A stretch of 61,449 nt of DNA, filler included, from Diploschistes diacapsis (lineage: Eukaryota), in assembly GCA_023645945.1 (NCBI GenBank). It is 7 parts of 7 records of this genome, joined end to end, with 100 filler letters (N's around TTAATTAATTAA, not from the genome) between each part and the next. Parts side by side here need not be neighbours in the genome. Positions count along the whole stretch, not along the records: positions 1 to 5,484 come from JALAIB010001544.1; positions 5,585 to 11,056 come from JALAIB010001545.1; positions 11,157 to 16,626 come from JALAIB010001546.1; 4 more parts are not named here. One strand, written 5' to 3'. Under the pieces are notes generated by a model that searched no databases, was not told the origin of the DNA, and was given only the letters and a program-made list of their open reading frames with translations. Below, one piece after another: positions 1 through 12,006 of this stretch. Made by a program: the position numbers and the translations under genes. Position 1 is the first letter of the stretch. Each line of letters opens with the position of its first letter.

Positions 1-663
1 GGGTTGGGGGGTGGAGGTAGGGGATGGATGCACGAGACATAAGGTATGAGGTATGAGGTATGAGGTATGGGGGCCAATGGAGGAGAGGCGTGGTGGGGTG
101 GGCTTAGATGGAGTCTGGCGGGTTTACGAATTTCGGTTGCGTGGAGCCGGTGTGTTTGGTTCGTGTGATACCCAAGCTAGACGGAACAAGATGCATATGT
201 GTAGAGAGAGTTGAAGGGTGGGTGGTCAGAGTACCATGTACTCTGATTTTGCTCATTTTAGCGTTACTTGGACTTTAACGAGGCGGTTGCCTGCTCGATC
301 TGCTATTCTCGCATTGCAACTGTTTTTGCTGTGTAGCCGAAACCTCTATGGGTACAAGAATCCCTTAGACCTATCTGATGGTCTTCCCTTAACCTCGCCC
401 AGAACTCCCACTTCTGTGAATCTGCATCGGTCCTTCAAACGAGGACATACGGGCAATGAAGATAACAAACCAGATCAATAAAGCGAACAACGGCTCTGGC
501 TATGTGAGCGAAAAGCCTCGCGAGCAATGCCTTCAGCAGTGTGGTCGCGGTTGTTAGGGTTTTCGTGCTGGGTGGACGGCAACAATGAAGCGGTACAGAA
601 GCGAAGTCTGCGTGGTAGAGCAAAAAGCAGCCAGAGGGCACGCACGGCCCGGACGCTATTTGC

Positions 664-2183
664 CTAAACTTCTCCCACAGGATCGCTAGCATTCCCATTG
701 TCGCAGGGATCAGATGAGCCGGCCATTCCCCAATCTCGAATCCGAGCGGTACTTACAAGCATCTTCTTTATCATGAGATGACGTAGACTGATATCATCCA
801 TATCGTCCACATCTTCCACATATTCGTCCAATGGCGTATGTAGCCACTGCAGCCCTTCCACCTCCGTACGCCCTTGGCCCTTCAGCAGCTCCCTCCTCAT
901 TCCAGCCTCGATTCGGTCCAAACAGTCTTTTCCCACTTCCTTCGTAGCGGACGCTCCGTAGACTTTGAGCTTCACAAAGCGCACATGCGCAATAGCGACC
1001 ATAAGCTTCCGCTGAAAACCCCCCTGCCAACTACCGACCCCAAGATTACGCTCGATAGTGTTCGCCTAGTCATTCGCCATGGTCCTGGCTGCTCCACTGT
1101 AAACGGTGAGCTCAAGCGACTCGAGCGCCTCGAGCCATGCGCTTGACAAGCCAGGGCAGAAAATTCGATCCCAGGTTGTGCTGCCACTGAGGAAGAGGGC
1201 GAGGCGTTTTATGGGCCAGTGGCTCCTGCCGAGGGTGATAGGCCCATGGTTGGAGGCAGAGCAGTGAGTTTTGAGGAAGGAGATCAAGCCCGGACTGAAT
1301 TTTGCGGTTGGCACAGTAACTATAGCTTCACTGTAGAGTATAGAGGAGATCTCTATACGTCGCTGGTAGCAGATGAACACAGCGTTGTAGGCGTCGCGGG
1401 CTTCTGGGTTGAACCAAGAGCCAATGTGAATGCGTTTAGAGGGGGGGAGGACAAGGCCGCGGTAAATTTGGTCTCGAATCTTCCGTGCAAGGTCAAGAAA
1501 GGCAAAGCAGGAGGAGAAGGTATTGTTGCACATTGGGCCGGGAAATGATGGCTCGGATCTACTAGTCAGACTGCCGCGGAGCCACGGCAGGAAATCATCG
1601 CGAAAGCAGTCGTCTTTGTAGACGCAACCGCTTGAAGGCATGGCAATGTCCAAGTGCCGGATTGTCTTGATCTGCCGTATCCACGCTCATCCCGGTTCCA
1701 GGTCGGCACCCAAAGTACGTTCCCATCGCTATCTTCAGAACCCCAAAGTTTGAGGCTATGCAAACTCGGACATGCCCATGCAAGGAGCTTCATGAAAGCA
1801 TGCCAATCAGGTCCAGCCCTTGCCCAGTGGTAGCACTTGACCTCGACTCTTTTGGTCAACCGCCTGAGGCGCCTTGACAGTCGCTGAAAGAACTCATATG
1901 ACCACCATCTCCCAGCGGCCTGGTTGCGGGGAACTATGAGCATGAAAGAGGAAGTACCATAGAGAATGGCCTCGGCTTCTTCCTGCAGCTGACGGCAGGT
2001 TCTGATAATAACAATATCAAGCTTGGGCGTCTAGCGACGCTTATAACGAGATATCTGCTGCGCAGGTATGCTTCTAAACATACCGCAATCATGCTTGAAA
2101 GGTAAGTATTTCTCGCTGGGAAAGATAGCTTCGATAAGGACTTGATCCTGAATCTCTCGCGGAAGGGTGAGCAAGTGATGCAT
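664..2183 (-). pseudogene. Fragmented F-box-like/DUF7730-like tandem-domain gene (probable pseudogene)
   Basis: Co-oriented ORF pieces in different frames (2031-2231, 1566-1943, 1066-1653, 664-1002). Two carry the fungal F-box-like motif (LLTLPREIQDQVL; FLDLARKIRDQIY). The pieces are separated by stops or frame changes without clear introns. Confidence 0.4.
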
Positions 2184-2828
2184 GTAAGGTTGGGTGCCGG
2201 TACAGCATGGTCCATATGCAGACCAGTGCATGGAAAGATATACAGAAAGACTCTCTTGCTTTGACTAGATGAAGAACTCCAAGCAGCAACCAAGTCAGAG
2301 TTATCCGCTTTATATTTGATGTGCAGAACTTTCGTCGTCACCAACTCAGAAACCAGTGGGTTAGTTAAGGAATGTTACTACATCTTCCCAAAGCCCTGGC
2401 ACATGGTGGACCCTGAAGCTTTGAACAACCCCACAAGGGATGCAATATATCACTTACTACATACTGGCTTCAAGTTCTGCGGAAGCCAACAAGAGGATGA
2501 AGAGAAGGTTTACTTATCTAATGTCTATGGTAGTACCCTGACCTCTGACGAAAGGGTCGAATACCGTACCCTCCTTGCTCCATTTTACCCTCTCAACAAC
2601 CATTGGAGCTTGCCTTGGCTCGAGGCAGGACTGCGAAAACTGAGCCTAGATATACAAAGCATGGACCCACCTCGATTATAGCTATATATTTGAGATGAGA
2701 ACCTACCAGTGCTTAAGCTTTTTCGTTGTGTTTTCCAGTATCTCCCTGCCAGCCAGTGTGACTGCATCAGATCTGAGCAGCTTTTGAATCCACGAAGCTA
2801 TCTCTAGTCGCTCTTCAGACCGCTCACC

Positions 2829-3245
2829 ATGTATCTTCACCGAATTCTGCTCCCCTTCGCAACCGTAGCTGTCACAGCTTTACCGTCACATCCGGGGCAG
2901 GATGATCCCAGTGTTCTGGATGATTATCTGTTGAAAAACCTGCCCAGAATCTGCCGGGTTTCTAGCATTTTTTGCCAACTTTCCAGTATGGACTCTCCGG
3001 AGACGAGTGCAACTACACAGACTAATGAACAATTAGACTGCCAAGGTTTATTTAACACCCCAACCTCGCTAAAGGGCAGATGCACGACTGGGAAATTCAA
3101 CGGTTGTCCGTGTGACAAATGTCCCCCAGGATTTACTACCTTAGCACCAAACTTATTACCAATTTGTGTCGATCTTGAATGTGACGGATTCCAAGGTATT
3201 TGCACGGTAGGGAAGTACCAGGGCTGTAGATGTTGGCCGGAATGA
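2829..3245 (+). CDS. Small secreted cysteine-rich protein (12 Cys, two internal repeats)
   Basis: Signal-peptide-like N-terminus MYLHRILLPFATVAVTA. Probable in-frame intron 2986-3036 (GTATGG..ACTAAT..TAG). Repeats GRCTTGKFNGCPC and GICTVGKYQGCRC. Confidence 0.7.
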   Translation: MYLHRILLPFATVAVTALPSHPGQDDPSVLDDYLLKNLPRICRVSSIFCQLSSMDSPETSATTQTNEQLDCQGLFNTPTSLKGRCTTGKFNGCPCDKCPPGFTTLAPNLLPICVDLECDGFQGICTVGKYQGCRCWPE

Positions 3246-5484
3246 GCGCGTGGAATTTTCGTCCAAGCCAGAATCCAGGGAACCCTTCATAAGCTCATAG
3301 GATGGCATTCTGCAAAGGTGAAGAAATGGCCGATTCATCATTGGACCAGCGCAGATAGAGATCAAACCTCGGGGCTCGTGGTTGATAATTTAACCAATAT
3401 CATTATTGGAAGATTGAGAATATAGTACGCTTATAGCTTTACAGAAGGAAAGTTACAGTAAGATAAGATAAGATAAGATAGTGTCACGTGTTGATGAAAA
3501 CTTAGCATTGAGACCGATATGGACTAGCTTATTTTAATCTCGCTTCAGCTGAAACCTAAAAAACGAAGTTGCAAAGTTTTTCGCCAACTTTTTACCAACT
3601 CCTACCAAGGCAATGTTGTGAGCACCAGACAGCAGAGCACCTGGAACATTTTTGACGTACGTGAATCTCTACAGTACCTATACAAGAATCTCGAAAGATG
3701 ATGTTTTCCACACGAACAATCCAAATCATACAACTCCGTGATTGATTCTCAAAAGCTCTAGAATTATTCTGACATGGCAGTGCAAATATACAATGATAAA
3801 CCAAATCCTTAATGGACGTTGCTGACCTCGCACACAGACTCACTACCTTGGATGGTTTAATAGTAGACTCCGCAGAGAAAAAAAAAACCAAGGTATATAT
3901 AACCCTCAAACGGTCGATTGCTTCTCCTTTCAATTGATGATTACACGACATGGAAAGGCATTCCTCATTCCGAACTTCAATGTCGATTCTAGTCTTGCAA
4001 GTTTCAGCCTTGTCTGATGAAACCCGTTCTGGCTTGCCCCTTCAAGGCCTCAGATTATCATCACTGCTAACTCATTCTCTGGTCTAGGTACGTCTGCATA
4101 GTGCAAGTCAACATTTGCTACGTGAGGAATCCTGAACGAACGGGCGGACAGAACGCCTTCTGCTTCGGCATCCATATACTCCAAGGGCGTACAATCCTTG
4201 GCGGATTGCAAGAAGCACAGGTGCTTGTTGAGAATTCGTCACCTGATCCTGGCCTCTGCTCATCAACTCTCGAATTTAGTTCTTGGTACATGTGCTGACC
4301 GCTGTGGCACAGGTATATCAAGCTTGCTATTATTACGTGCCAGTATTGGTGCACTGAAAAGATGATTGACGTTATTCACACTGTTTGAGCCCAGCGGCTG
4401 CCTAAGTGCGTCGTTTGGCGATGAACAGAAATCTCATTACACTGAAAATTCTGATCCCCCATGCTACCAGCTCGTTGTTTCTACTTGATTCGCTACCGCT
4501 GGTTTTTTGTACTGACACGCCTTTCTTAGGTGCGTGCTTTCTTTTGGTTATTCTGCTGGATCATCATGATGAGTCTCGTGGAAACTGCTTGAAAACCTCT
4601 GCCTGTAACGAGGATGGATGGATGGATGAGAGCTTCAACAATGATTTAATGAGGTCGGGCATTCATCCCCAACTTCACAATTCTGCTAATGTTCTAGCCT
4701 GAAAATACGTTCTGCACATCTGTGTTGCTTGTACAAAGGAATCACACGGAACTGACATCCGGCTTGCAATAGACTATTCCTACCGTTCAACTTGCATGGC
4801 CTTAGTAGCTTGTAAGTACAGCTACGATGTTCGCTACTCCCCCCACACATGCTTTCTGATGAGTACCATTTTTGCTGTGTTCTTTCCGAACTACATTGAG
4901 GAAGACCAAATCAATTTCACCTTGGAGAACTGAGAGCTCCGTCATGCAGACGTGTTCCGTTGAAATGGGAGGCAACACTGCAGCTGACTCTCGATTTAGG
5001 TGCCGATGGACACAGAAGGTAGGGTCAAGAAGATCCAGAGAGCCGGTCCCAACGCCCACCCTCTCCCGGCTTAGCGAGAGCATTGTCTAACTTCAGCACT
5101 CTCTTCTGGGGGGCAGTATGGGGTTGAGGACCAGAGCCGATGGAGGATTATTCTCGCGTGAAGATGGAAACAGCACTTCCGAAGTAGGTAGTTTAATACT
5201 ACATGTGGCTTGCGGGAGCCAAAGGACATTTTGCAGTGTTCTATTGTGGCGGAATATGATTTTTAACCCTCCTCCTCCACCATCTCTGTAGTTGACTCGA
5301 AGGTAGCCGAGCTCGCGATCGGAGCACATAGCCTCCTAGCTCCCCAAGTCTTCACGTGAAATCCGCGGATTTTTCTACCAAGTACGACGCACCATCCTTC
5401 CTTCGCTGCCCGTTCCCCGTCTTCCCACCTTCTGCACCCTCCACCTTCAACCTCTACCAGAACAACCCCTCCAAGCCCCCAACC

Positions 5485-5584
5485 NNNNNNNNNNNNNNNN
5501 NNNNNNNNNNNNNNNNNNNNNNNNNNNNTTAATTAATTAANNNNNNNNNNNNNNNNNNNNNNNNNNNNNNNNNNNNNNNNNNNN
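5485..5584. other. Artificial contig spacer (N44-TTAATTAATTAA-N44)
   Basis: N runs around an all-frame stop linker. Confidence 0.98.
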
Positions 5585-6241
5585 GTTGTGGGTATGGGGG
5601 AGGGGTTGCGGGGTTATGGGTACATGGTTGCGGATGTGTGTGAGCTTGCGAGGGTTGCGGATAGGGAGGCGGATGGGGATGAGAGCGTGAAGAAAGGGGA
5701 AGGGGAAGAGGAAGAGGAAGAGGGAGTTGAGGCGCACGTCGTGGTTGCTAACCCGCCGTATATTTCGGACAGGGGGTTTGGTAGGGACACGGCGAGGAGT
5801 GCACGGTGCTGGGAGCCAAGGGCTGCGCTCGTGCCAGATCCGTCTGGCTCTGTCTCTGGCCCGGAGGCGGAGGCGGGGAAGGAGAGCGTGGGTGAGGAGT
5901 CGGGCGATGTCTTGTACGGGGATATCCTGGGCTTGGCGATCAGGCGTTTTGCGAGGATCGTGGTTATGGAGGTCGCCGACGGGGATCAGGCGGTGAGGGT
6001 GTTGCGGATTGCGCGGGCAGCGGCGGAGAGACGGGGGAAGAGCGGGTGGTGGGAGAGGGCTCAGATTTGGCATGACAATTTGGATGCATGGAGAGCGGCT
6101 GAGGAGGATGAGCTGGGTAAAGTGGAGGAGTTGAGAAACGCCTTGGGAATAGAGGTTGAGAGAATAGGGACGGGTACTGCAAGGGCTGTTGTGCTGGCTA
6201 GGGAATGGGGGACGACTGTACTAGATGAACCTCGACCATGA
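5585..6241 (+). CDS. HemK/PrmC-family N5-glutamine methyltransferase (MTQ1-like), 3' part only
   Basis: VVVANPPYIS motif followed by WEPRAALVP, G-D-x-x-YxxI and MEVADGDQA. The 5' end is cut by the gap. Confidence 0.8.
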   Translation, partial: VVGMGEGLRGYGYMVADVCELARVADREADGDESVKKGEGEEEEEEGVEAHVVVANPPYISDRGFGRDTARSARCWEPRAALVPDPSGSVSGPEAEAGKESVGEESGDVLYGDILGLAIRRFARIVVMEVADGDQAVRVLRIARAAAERRGKSGWWERAQIWHDNLDAWRAAEEDELGKVEELRNALGIEVERIGTGTARAVVLAREWGTTVLDEPRP

Positions 6242-6458
6242 TGATGACGAGGAAGGCTCGTGCTGAAACGTCAACTCACTATCAGTTAATTTTAACGAGC
6301 GCCATCGTATGAGCAGCCATAGCGGGGTGGACGGCGCGTAAGATAAATTCTTTGTCTCCGCAATACTTGCTCGGAGATTACTATCAAGTTTCTACGCCTC
6401 CCAATGCATGATTCAAAGCGCTGAATATCCGCTGCAAAGAAGGAAGATATATACAGTA

Positions 6459-8338
6459 CTATATTTCTGACCGCCGCCAGAACTTCCAATTGACCTTCTT
6501 CGACTTCCTCCTGCCGCCTCTGCCCCTAACTCTCCAGAAATATACCGGAAGGCCAAGAACGACGAACCCGACGACGATCAGGGTCTGGATAGGCTCCGCA
6601 ACGATGGCTCGTGTTAGCAGGAACAAGCTAACACAGCAGAATATGACGGGTGTGATAATCCACGTTTTGTAAGGCCGTTCGAGAAAGGGCTCTCGCACCC
6701 TCAGGATGATCAAGCCAAGAACGGTCAAAAAGTAGAAAGTATAGCCGGCAACACCGTAAAAGGTCACCAGCGTGCCAAACTCACCGACGACGACGTAAGC
6801 AATGGTGAGGGTTGCATTGAACATCATTGCGTTGATCGGGGTGAGGCCGATGGAGCCGTCCTCGTCGCCGACCCAGTCCTTCACACGGCCAAGAAGCCCG
6901 CGCCGCTTTTCTGCCGCAACGACACCGAAGCCGTCGTTGCGTCGGTCGGTACCAGGTAGTCCAAGCTTACTGAACGACCCTGGCAAGAAACCCTCCTTCC
7001 CTGCCGCGTATACTAGACGGCCGGAGGTGAATGTAGTTGCGTTCAAGGCGCCAAAACATGACAGCGAAACCATAATGGCCAGACACAGCGAGCCGATGGG
7101 GCCGAAGACGACTGAGCCGAATTGAACGGCTATGGTGTTGGAGCTTGAGATGACGGATGCTGGAAGGACGAATATGTAGGCGACGTTGGCTAGTAGGTAG
7201 GATAGGATGACGATAGGCATGGACGTGTGTATGACTCTCGCGAGGTCTCGCGAAGGGTTGAGGAATTCGCCAACGACATAGCTAGTCTAAGAAATTGGCG
7301 TTAGTAGTGCCTGCACATCCAAAAGTGAGCGACACTCACGTTATCCCAACCATCAAAAGCCCATAGACCCGCATACAGGGCAACAGCCCAGCTAGAGATG
7401 TTCTGATTAGTACCCTCAAACCAGTTCTTGTGCTTCCACTCCGTAGAAAGCTTTCCGTTATATGAGAACCCCGTTATCGCAACCACGATCCCGACCACTG
7501 TAACCCCTAGCAAGGCGATAAATTTCAAAAGTAAGAAAAAGTCCCCCATCCGTGTGCCAAGCCGTGTAGAAATGCAGTTGAATAGGGTCACCAGCGCCAA
7601 TCCACCCACCGCGACAGCCTTGTTGAGCCATGTGCTCACATCCGCAACGTCAGCACCAATTGCCGCTCGCACAACGTATTCTCCGAATATGATGGCAATG
7701 ATGGCAGCGGATCCGGGCTTCAAGACCAGGACCGCACACCAAGCGAAGAGAAATCCTGCCACGTCGCCGAAGATCTTGGTGAGGTAAACCTGTGCGCCTC
7801 CATTCAGCGGTATCGCTCCTCCCAGTTCAGCGAAGCTCGCGGCTCCCGTCCAGGCTAATACACCTGCAATAGCCCATATCACCAACGACGCGCCCGGCGA
7901 GCCGGCGTTCACGCTCACTTGACTCGGCGAAGAAAAGATGCCGGAGCCAATGATTAGGCCGACGACCAACGAAATACCATTAAAGTATGTTATCGACTTG
8001 TGCTTTTCCAAGGACGGTCCTTCCAGCGGGTTGAAGATTGGCGTACCAAGAGCGGTATAGCCTGCGGCGGTTGTGGAAAGAGGGAAGAGATTGCTTGCGA
8101 AATCGAAGGCTGAGGAGACGGAGTATGTTCGAGAACGCGCGCCAGGGCGGTTCCCCTCGTTCCCGGACTCTTCGTCGTCCAGGGACAGTTTTCGGGACGA
8201 CGATATACCCTCGGGCGAAGAAGTATGAGATGTATGTAGTGATGGGGTTGATGAGGCAAGCGAGGCAAGCTCTAAGGAGTCTCTTGGGGGAGCTGGAGAT
8301 AGAGCGCTGATTTTCGAGTATCCATTGCGAGGTGGCAT
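6459..8338 (-). CDS. L-type amino acid transporter (APC/LAT family permease)
   Basis: IIGSGIFSSP, ELGGAIPLNGG, LWAFDGWDN and RPYKTW motifs. Intron 7287-7339 (GTGAGT..CTAAC..TAG). Confidence 0.92.
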
Positions 8339-8658
8339 GCTTGGTTCGTTGTAGTAAGAATCTATGGGATCGAGGCCGTGAACATGATGTCTTCAGTTAT
8401 TCCCGTGGGGGAGGTCGTCATTCCTGTCTCATTCTGCTATCGCCAAGCTGCAGAGGGAGTCAATCTCGGGTGAAAAAGAGATTAATATTCAGTACTATAA
8501 TGACTGTCTCCAAAACCAGCGGAAAGATGTTGGTTCTGAGTGCTCTCCCAAAGAGGTTTAGCTTGACAAGCGGAGAGCAAGGAACTTCGCCGCATGTGAA
8601 ATCTCTCGCAAACTCTTAACATTTCCTTCACTCCTCAATGACCCATACGAGATAGCAG

Positions 8659-9810
8659 ATGAGGCGATTCTCGTATCTTCAAAATGTGACAACGCCACTC
8701 TTGCGGTCGACCCGACAACCGATACCTCGATCGACGGCTCTTCAACAGTCGCGCTTTTACAGTAGCGCTCCGTCTGCGAGATCTTCCAAACGGACATTTC
8801 CTCTTTGGTTCGTCGTGGGCGCCCTGAGCGGGGTACTGATCACTTTTGCCTGGGCGACTGCCAAACCGCAAGTCAATCAATTGGCTGAAGGTCTTAATGC
8901 GACCAGTTTTACTTCCTACCGTCTGGTTGATAGAGAACCGGTGTCATCAACCAGTAGCATCTTCACCTTTGTACCTCTTCAACGCGGTCGAGATGCCTCC
9001 TTGCTCAACAAGCTTTATCTTCAAGGGCTCTGGAGCAGCGAGATCAAGCAACCGCAACTACAGGTCTCGCGATACTACACCCCCCTTGGACTCTCGGCAG
9101 TGAATAAAGGTAGGTATGGGGAAGATGCATTGCAATTTCTGATTCGCGAGGAGCTACATGGGGAGGTGTCTGGGTGGCTTCATAGACTACCACTCGGCAC
9201 CAGCGTCGGGCTACGTGGACCTAGAGGCCAATACACTCTACCAAATGATACCAAGGAGATGGTCTACCTTGCAGGAGGTACAGGCATTGCGCCTGCCATA
9301 CAGGCTGCGCGTAGTCTATTAATAAATACGGAGTCCAGGGACGCTCTTCCCCAGTTTCACATCATGTGGGCGAACAGACGAAGAGAGGATTGCATGGGGG
9401 GCATCAACGATTCTCGAAGCTCAAGCGGCTGGTTTTCATGGTTATCGTCGAATCGGGCCCCCAGCTTCGCGCAGCAGCAGCAATCTCGTCAGTCGGTTCT
9501 CGTTGAAGAACTAGAATCCTTGAAGAGCGCTTTTTGCGGGAAGATGAAGGTAGATTATTTTGTGGACGACGAAAAGAGTTTCATTACATGGGACGCACTC
9601 AAGCCTGCTCTCGACACTACGGAGGTGTCTGGTGCTCGCAGCAATACAGCGAATGTACAAAATCGCTTGATCCTCGTATCCGGACCCGATGGATTCATCG
9701 CTCATTATGCCGGGCCAAAGGCATGGGTAGAGGGGAATGAAACGCAAGGTGAACTTGGAGGTCTTCTGAGACATGTCGAGAAGCTTGGATGGAAGGTTGC
9801 GAAGATTTAA
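8659..9810 (+). CDS. CYC2: Mitochondrial FAD/NAD(P)-binding oxidoreductase, cytochrome c import/heme-attachment factor Cyc2-like
   Basis: Mitochondrial presequence plus a TM segment; KQPQLQVSRYYTP, GEVSGWLHRL, LAGGTGIAP and SGPDGFI motifs. Confidence 0.8.
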   Translation: MRRFSYLQNVTTPLLRSTRQPIPRSTALQQSRFYSSAPSARSSKRTFPLWFVVGALSGVLITFAWATAKPQVNQLAEGLNATSFTSYRLVDREPVSSTSSIFTFVPLQRGRDASLLNKLYLQGLWSSEIKQPQLQVSRYYTPLGLSAVNKGRYGEDALQFLIREELHGEVSGWLHRLPLGTSVGLRGPRGQYTLPNDTKEMVYLAGGTGIAPAIQAARSLLINTESRDALPQFHIMWANRRREDCMGGINDSRSSSGWFSWLSSNRAPSFAQQQQSRQSVLVEELESLKSAFCGKMKVDYFVDDEKSFITWDALKPALDTTEVSGARSNTANVQNRLILVSGPDGFIAHYAGPKAWVEGNETQGELGGLLRHVEKLGWKVAKI

Positions 9811-10363
9811 TAATACCGCGAGCAAAGACTTTTGGTTTATTAACGATAAAGCACTGTATTAATTTCTACACTCTCAATAGAAAGAACATGGAAGCAGGCA
9901 ACAATCCCATCGTAAAGTGCAACGTACGATCGGTAATGGTGTTTTGATCGCCAACTGAGAAGGGGAAACATCTGTGCTAATCCGCTTTTGGATGAATATA
10001 CTTCTCGCTCGAGTTTCGCGATTTTAAATCCTCGCCCTTTCACAACTGGCAGCTCTCCAAACTGCACAAAATAACAAAATACAAAATATCATTCAACAAC
10101 ATTCTTTGTACTTCCGCACGCCCTTCTCTGCATATCTATACCAAGCCGACCTCAACAGTTGCCAACCTCGCATTTACTCTCCCAGCCACCCGCCCCGCCC
10201 ACGCGCTTCTAAACGCGACACATTCGTTTGAACCAGAAAACCATATCCACCAACACTCAATCCATACCTCTGCCCCTACCAGCCACCCTCCTACCTTCAC
10301 AGATTGAGCAATTGATCGCGTATCCTCCCTCTCGAACCTCAAAAGAGATCCCCGTCAACGAAG

Positions 10364-11056
10364 ATGCCGCCCAAAAAGAACCGAGTTACCAAAGCGCCGC
10401 CGAAACCACGAACGCGAACATCGACAGGTAGCGCCGCAACGCCAGCGAGCACAAGAAATGAAAATAAAACCGGGGCAGGCGCACAATCTACAACGCCATT
10501 GCGCAAGCGAGGGAGGCCGTCCGGAGGAGGAAACCCAAGAAGGAGCAACGTCCAACGTGAGTGACCCTTCACTTTGCGCCGAAGGATACGGAACATACCA
10601 TTTGGGCGCGCAAGTCGAGCGCGTGTATGAGAGGAACTGTACTAACAGTAGAATTGTATATCCAGCTGGCGACCCCGTCCCCCGCTCCAAACCGCACCGC
10701 TACCGCCCCGGCACCGTCGCCCTGCGCGAGATCAGACAGTACCAGCGCACAACAGACCTGCTGATGCTCAAGCTGCCATTTTCTCGCCTCGTAGGTCACT
10801 CTTTTCCTTCCTCTCCCACATCCTCCTCCACCGCTCCTTCTCTACTCCCCACCCTTTCACATTCCCAAAGATTCTCAGCTCTCAAACCAACACTAACCCC
10901 CCCTCCCCCTCTCCGTAGGTCCGCGAAATATGCCTCGGCCTCGTCCCCGGCAGCGAATCGCTGCGCTGGCAATCGCAAGCCATCCAAGCGCTGCAGGAAA
11001 GCGCCGAGGCCTTTCTCGTCCACCTGTTCGAGGACGCCAACCTGTGCGCCATCCAC
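10364..11056 (+). CDS. CSE4: Centromeric histone H3 variant CENP-A (3' end cut by gap)
   Basis: Divergent basic N-terminal tail, then [65 protein letters not shown]. Introns 10557-10665 and 10791-10918. Confidence 0.93.
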
Positions 11057-11156
11057 NNNNNNNNNNNNNNNNNNNNNNNNNNNNNNNNNNNNNNNNNNNN
11101 TTAATTAATTAANNNNNNNNNNNNNNNNNNNNNNNNNNNNNNNNNNNNNNNNNNNN
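11057..11156. other. Artificial contig spacer
   Basis: N-TTAATTAATTAA-N. Confidence 0.98.
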
Positions 11157-12006
11157 GACTGGCGCCGTTTATGAAGTCATGACTTTTTGTTTTTTACTCT
11201 TTTCATCTCTTCAGTACATGTAATATTGCCCTCTTCTCTTAGTTTTGAGGTCTTGGGGTCCAGCGCTTTGTTCCTCGACGATACCAGTGCTAGACCATGC
11301 CCGTGCTTGTCGGTCATTTACAAGCCTGCTACCGTGCCTGGTATGCTGCCCGTTACCTGTCACGCCCAGAACGAAGAGCTGGCAAACTTCTCTGAGTCCA
11401 TGTATCTTGCGGGAAGTACTGAGCGAGCGATATTGGGGCCGCCCTTGTAATCATGCAATGACTCCTATTTAAAGTGCGGTTGAGGTTTTAGCTGAGCAAA
11501 CATCGTGTACATCGCATCGATCTTCAAACGAGTTCATTTTCCTAGTGATTTAGACTAGCTCATGTCACTTTACTTATTAATCTGTCTGCTCAAGCCATAC
11601 CAACGGTAGAATTTAGCGCCTAAGCAACTCTGCTAAATCGTGAATCTCGAGCTATACGACCTTCGACCGAGCAGTGAAGAGATGAAGACCTGCTCACATT
11701 AAAAGATTGGACTGCAATGGACGGCAAGAGCTCACACTTAGACGAGAGCCACAGGCCACTCTGACTCTACCCTGACGATATTCAATAACTCCGCATCGCA
11801 AATGCTAGGTTTGGAGGATAAATATTCATCTTCTATTTGTCTTCGAAGGAATCAGAGCAAGTGGTCAAAGAATGCGAAATTTATCACAGCCCGAAGCGAG
11901 CCAGTGGATGGATGTCAGCGGAACATTACGCGTCGCCGTGGGTAATGTTTTCTGCCGAACCCTAACACTTCCATACTAGGGAGCTAGGATCCAAGAGTAG
12001 ATTGAG

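Noticed and set aside
2316..2681. 121-aa ORF
   Set aside because: Plausible composition but no motif or splice support for a call.
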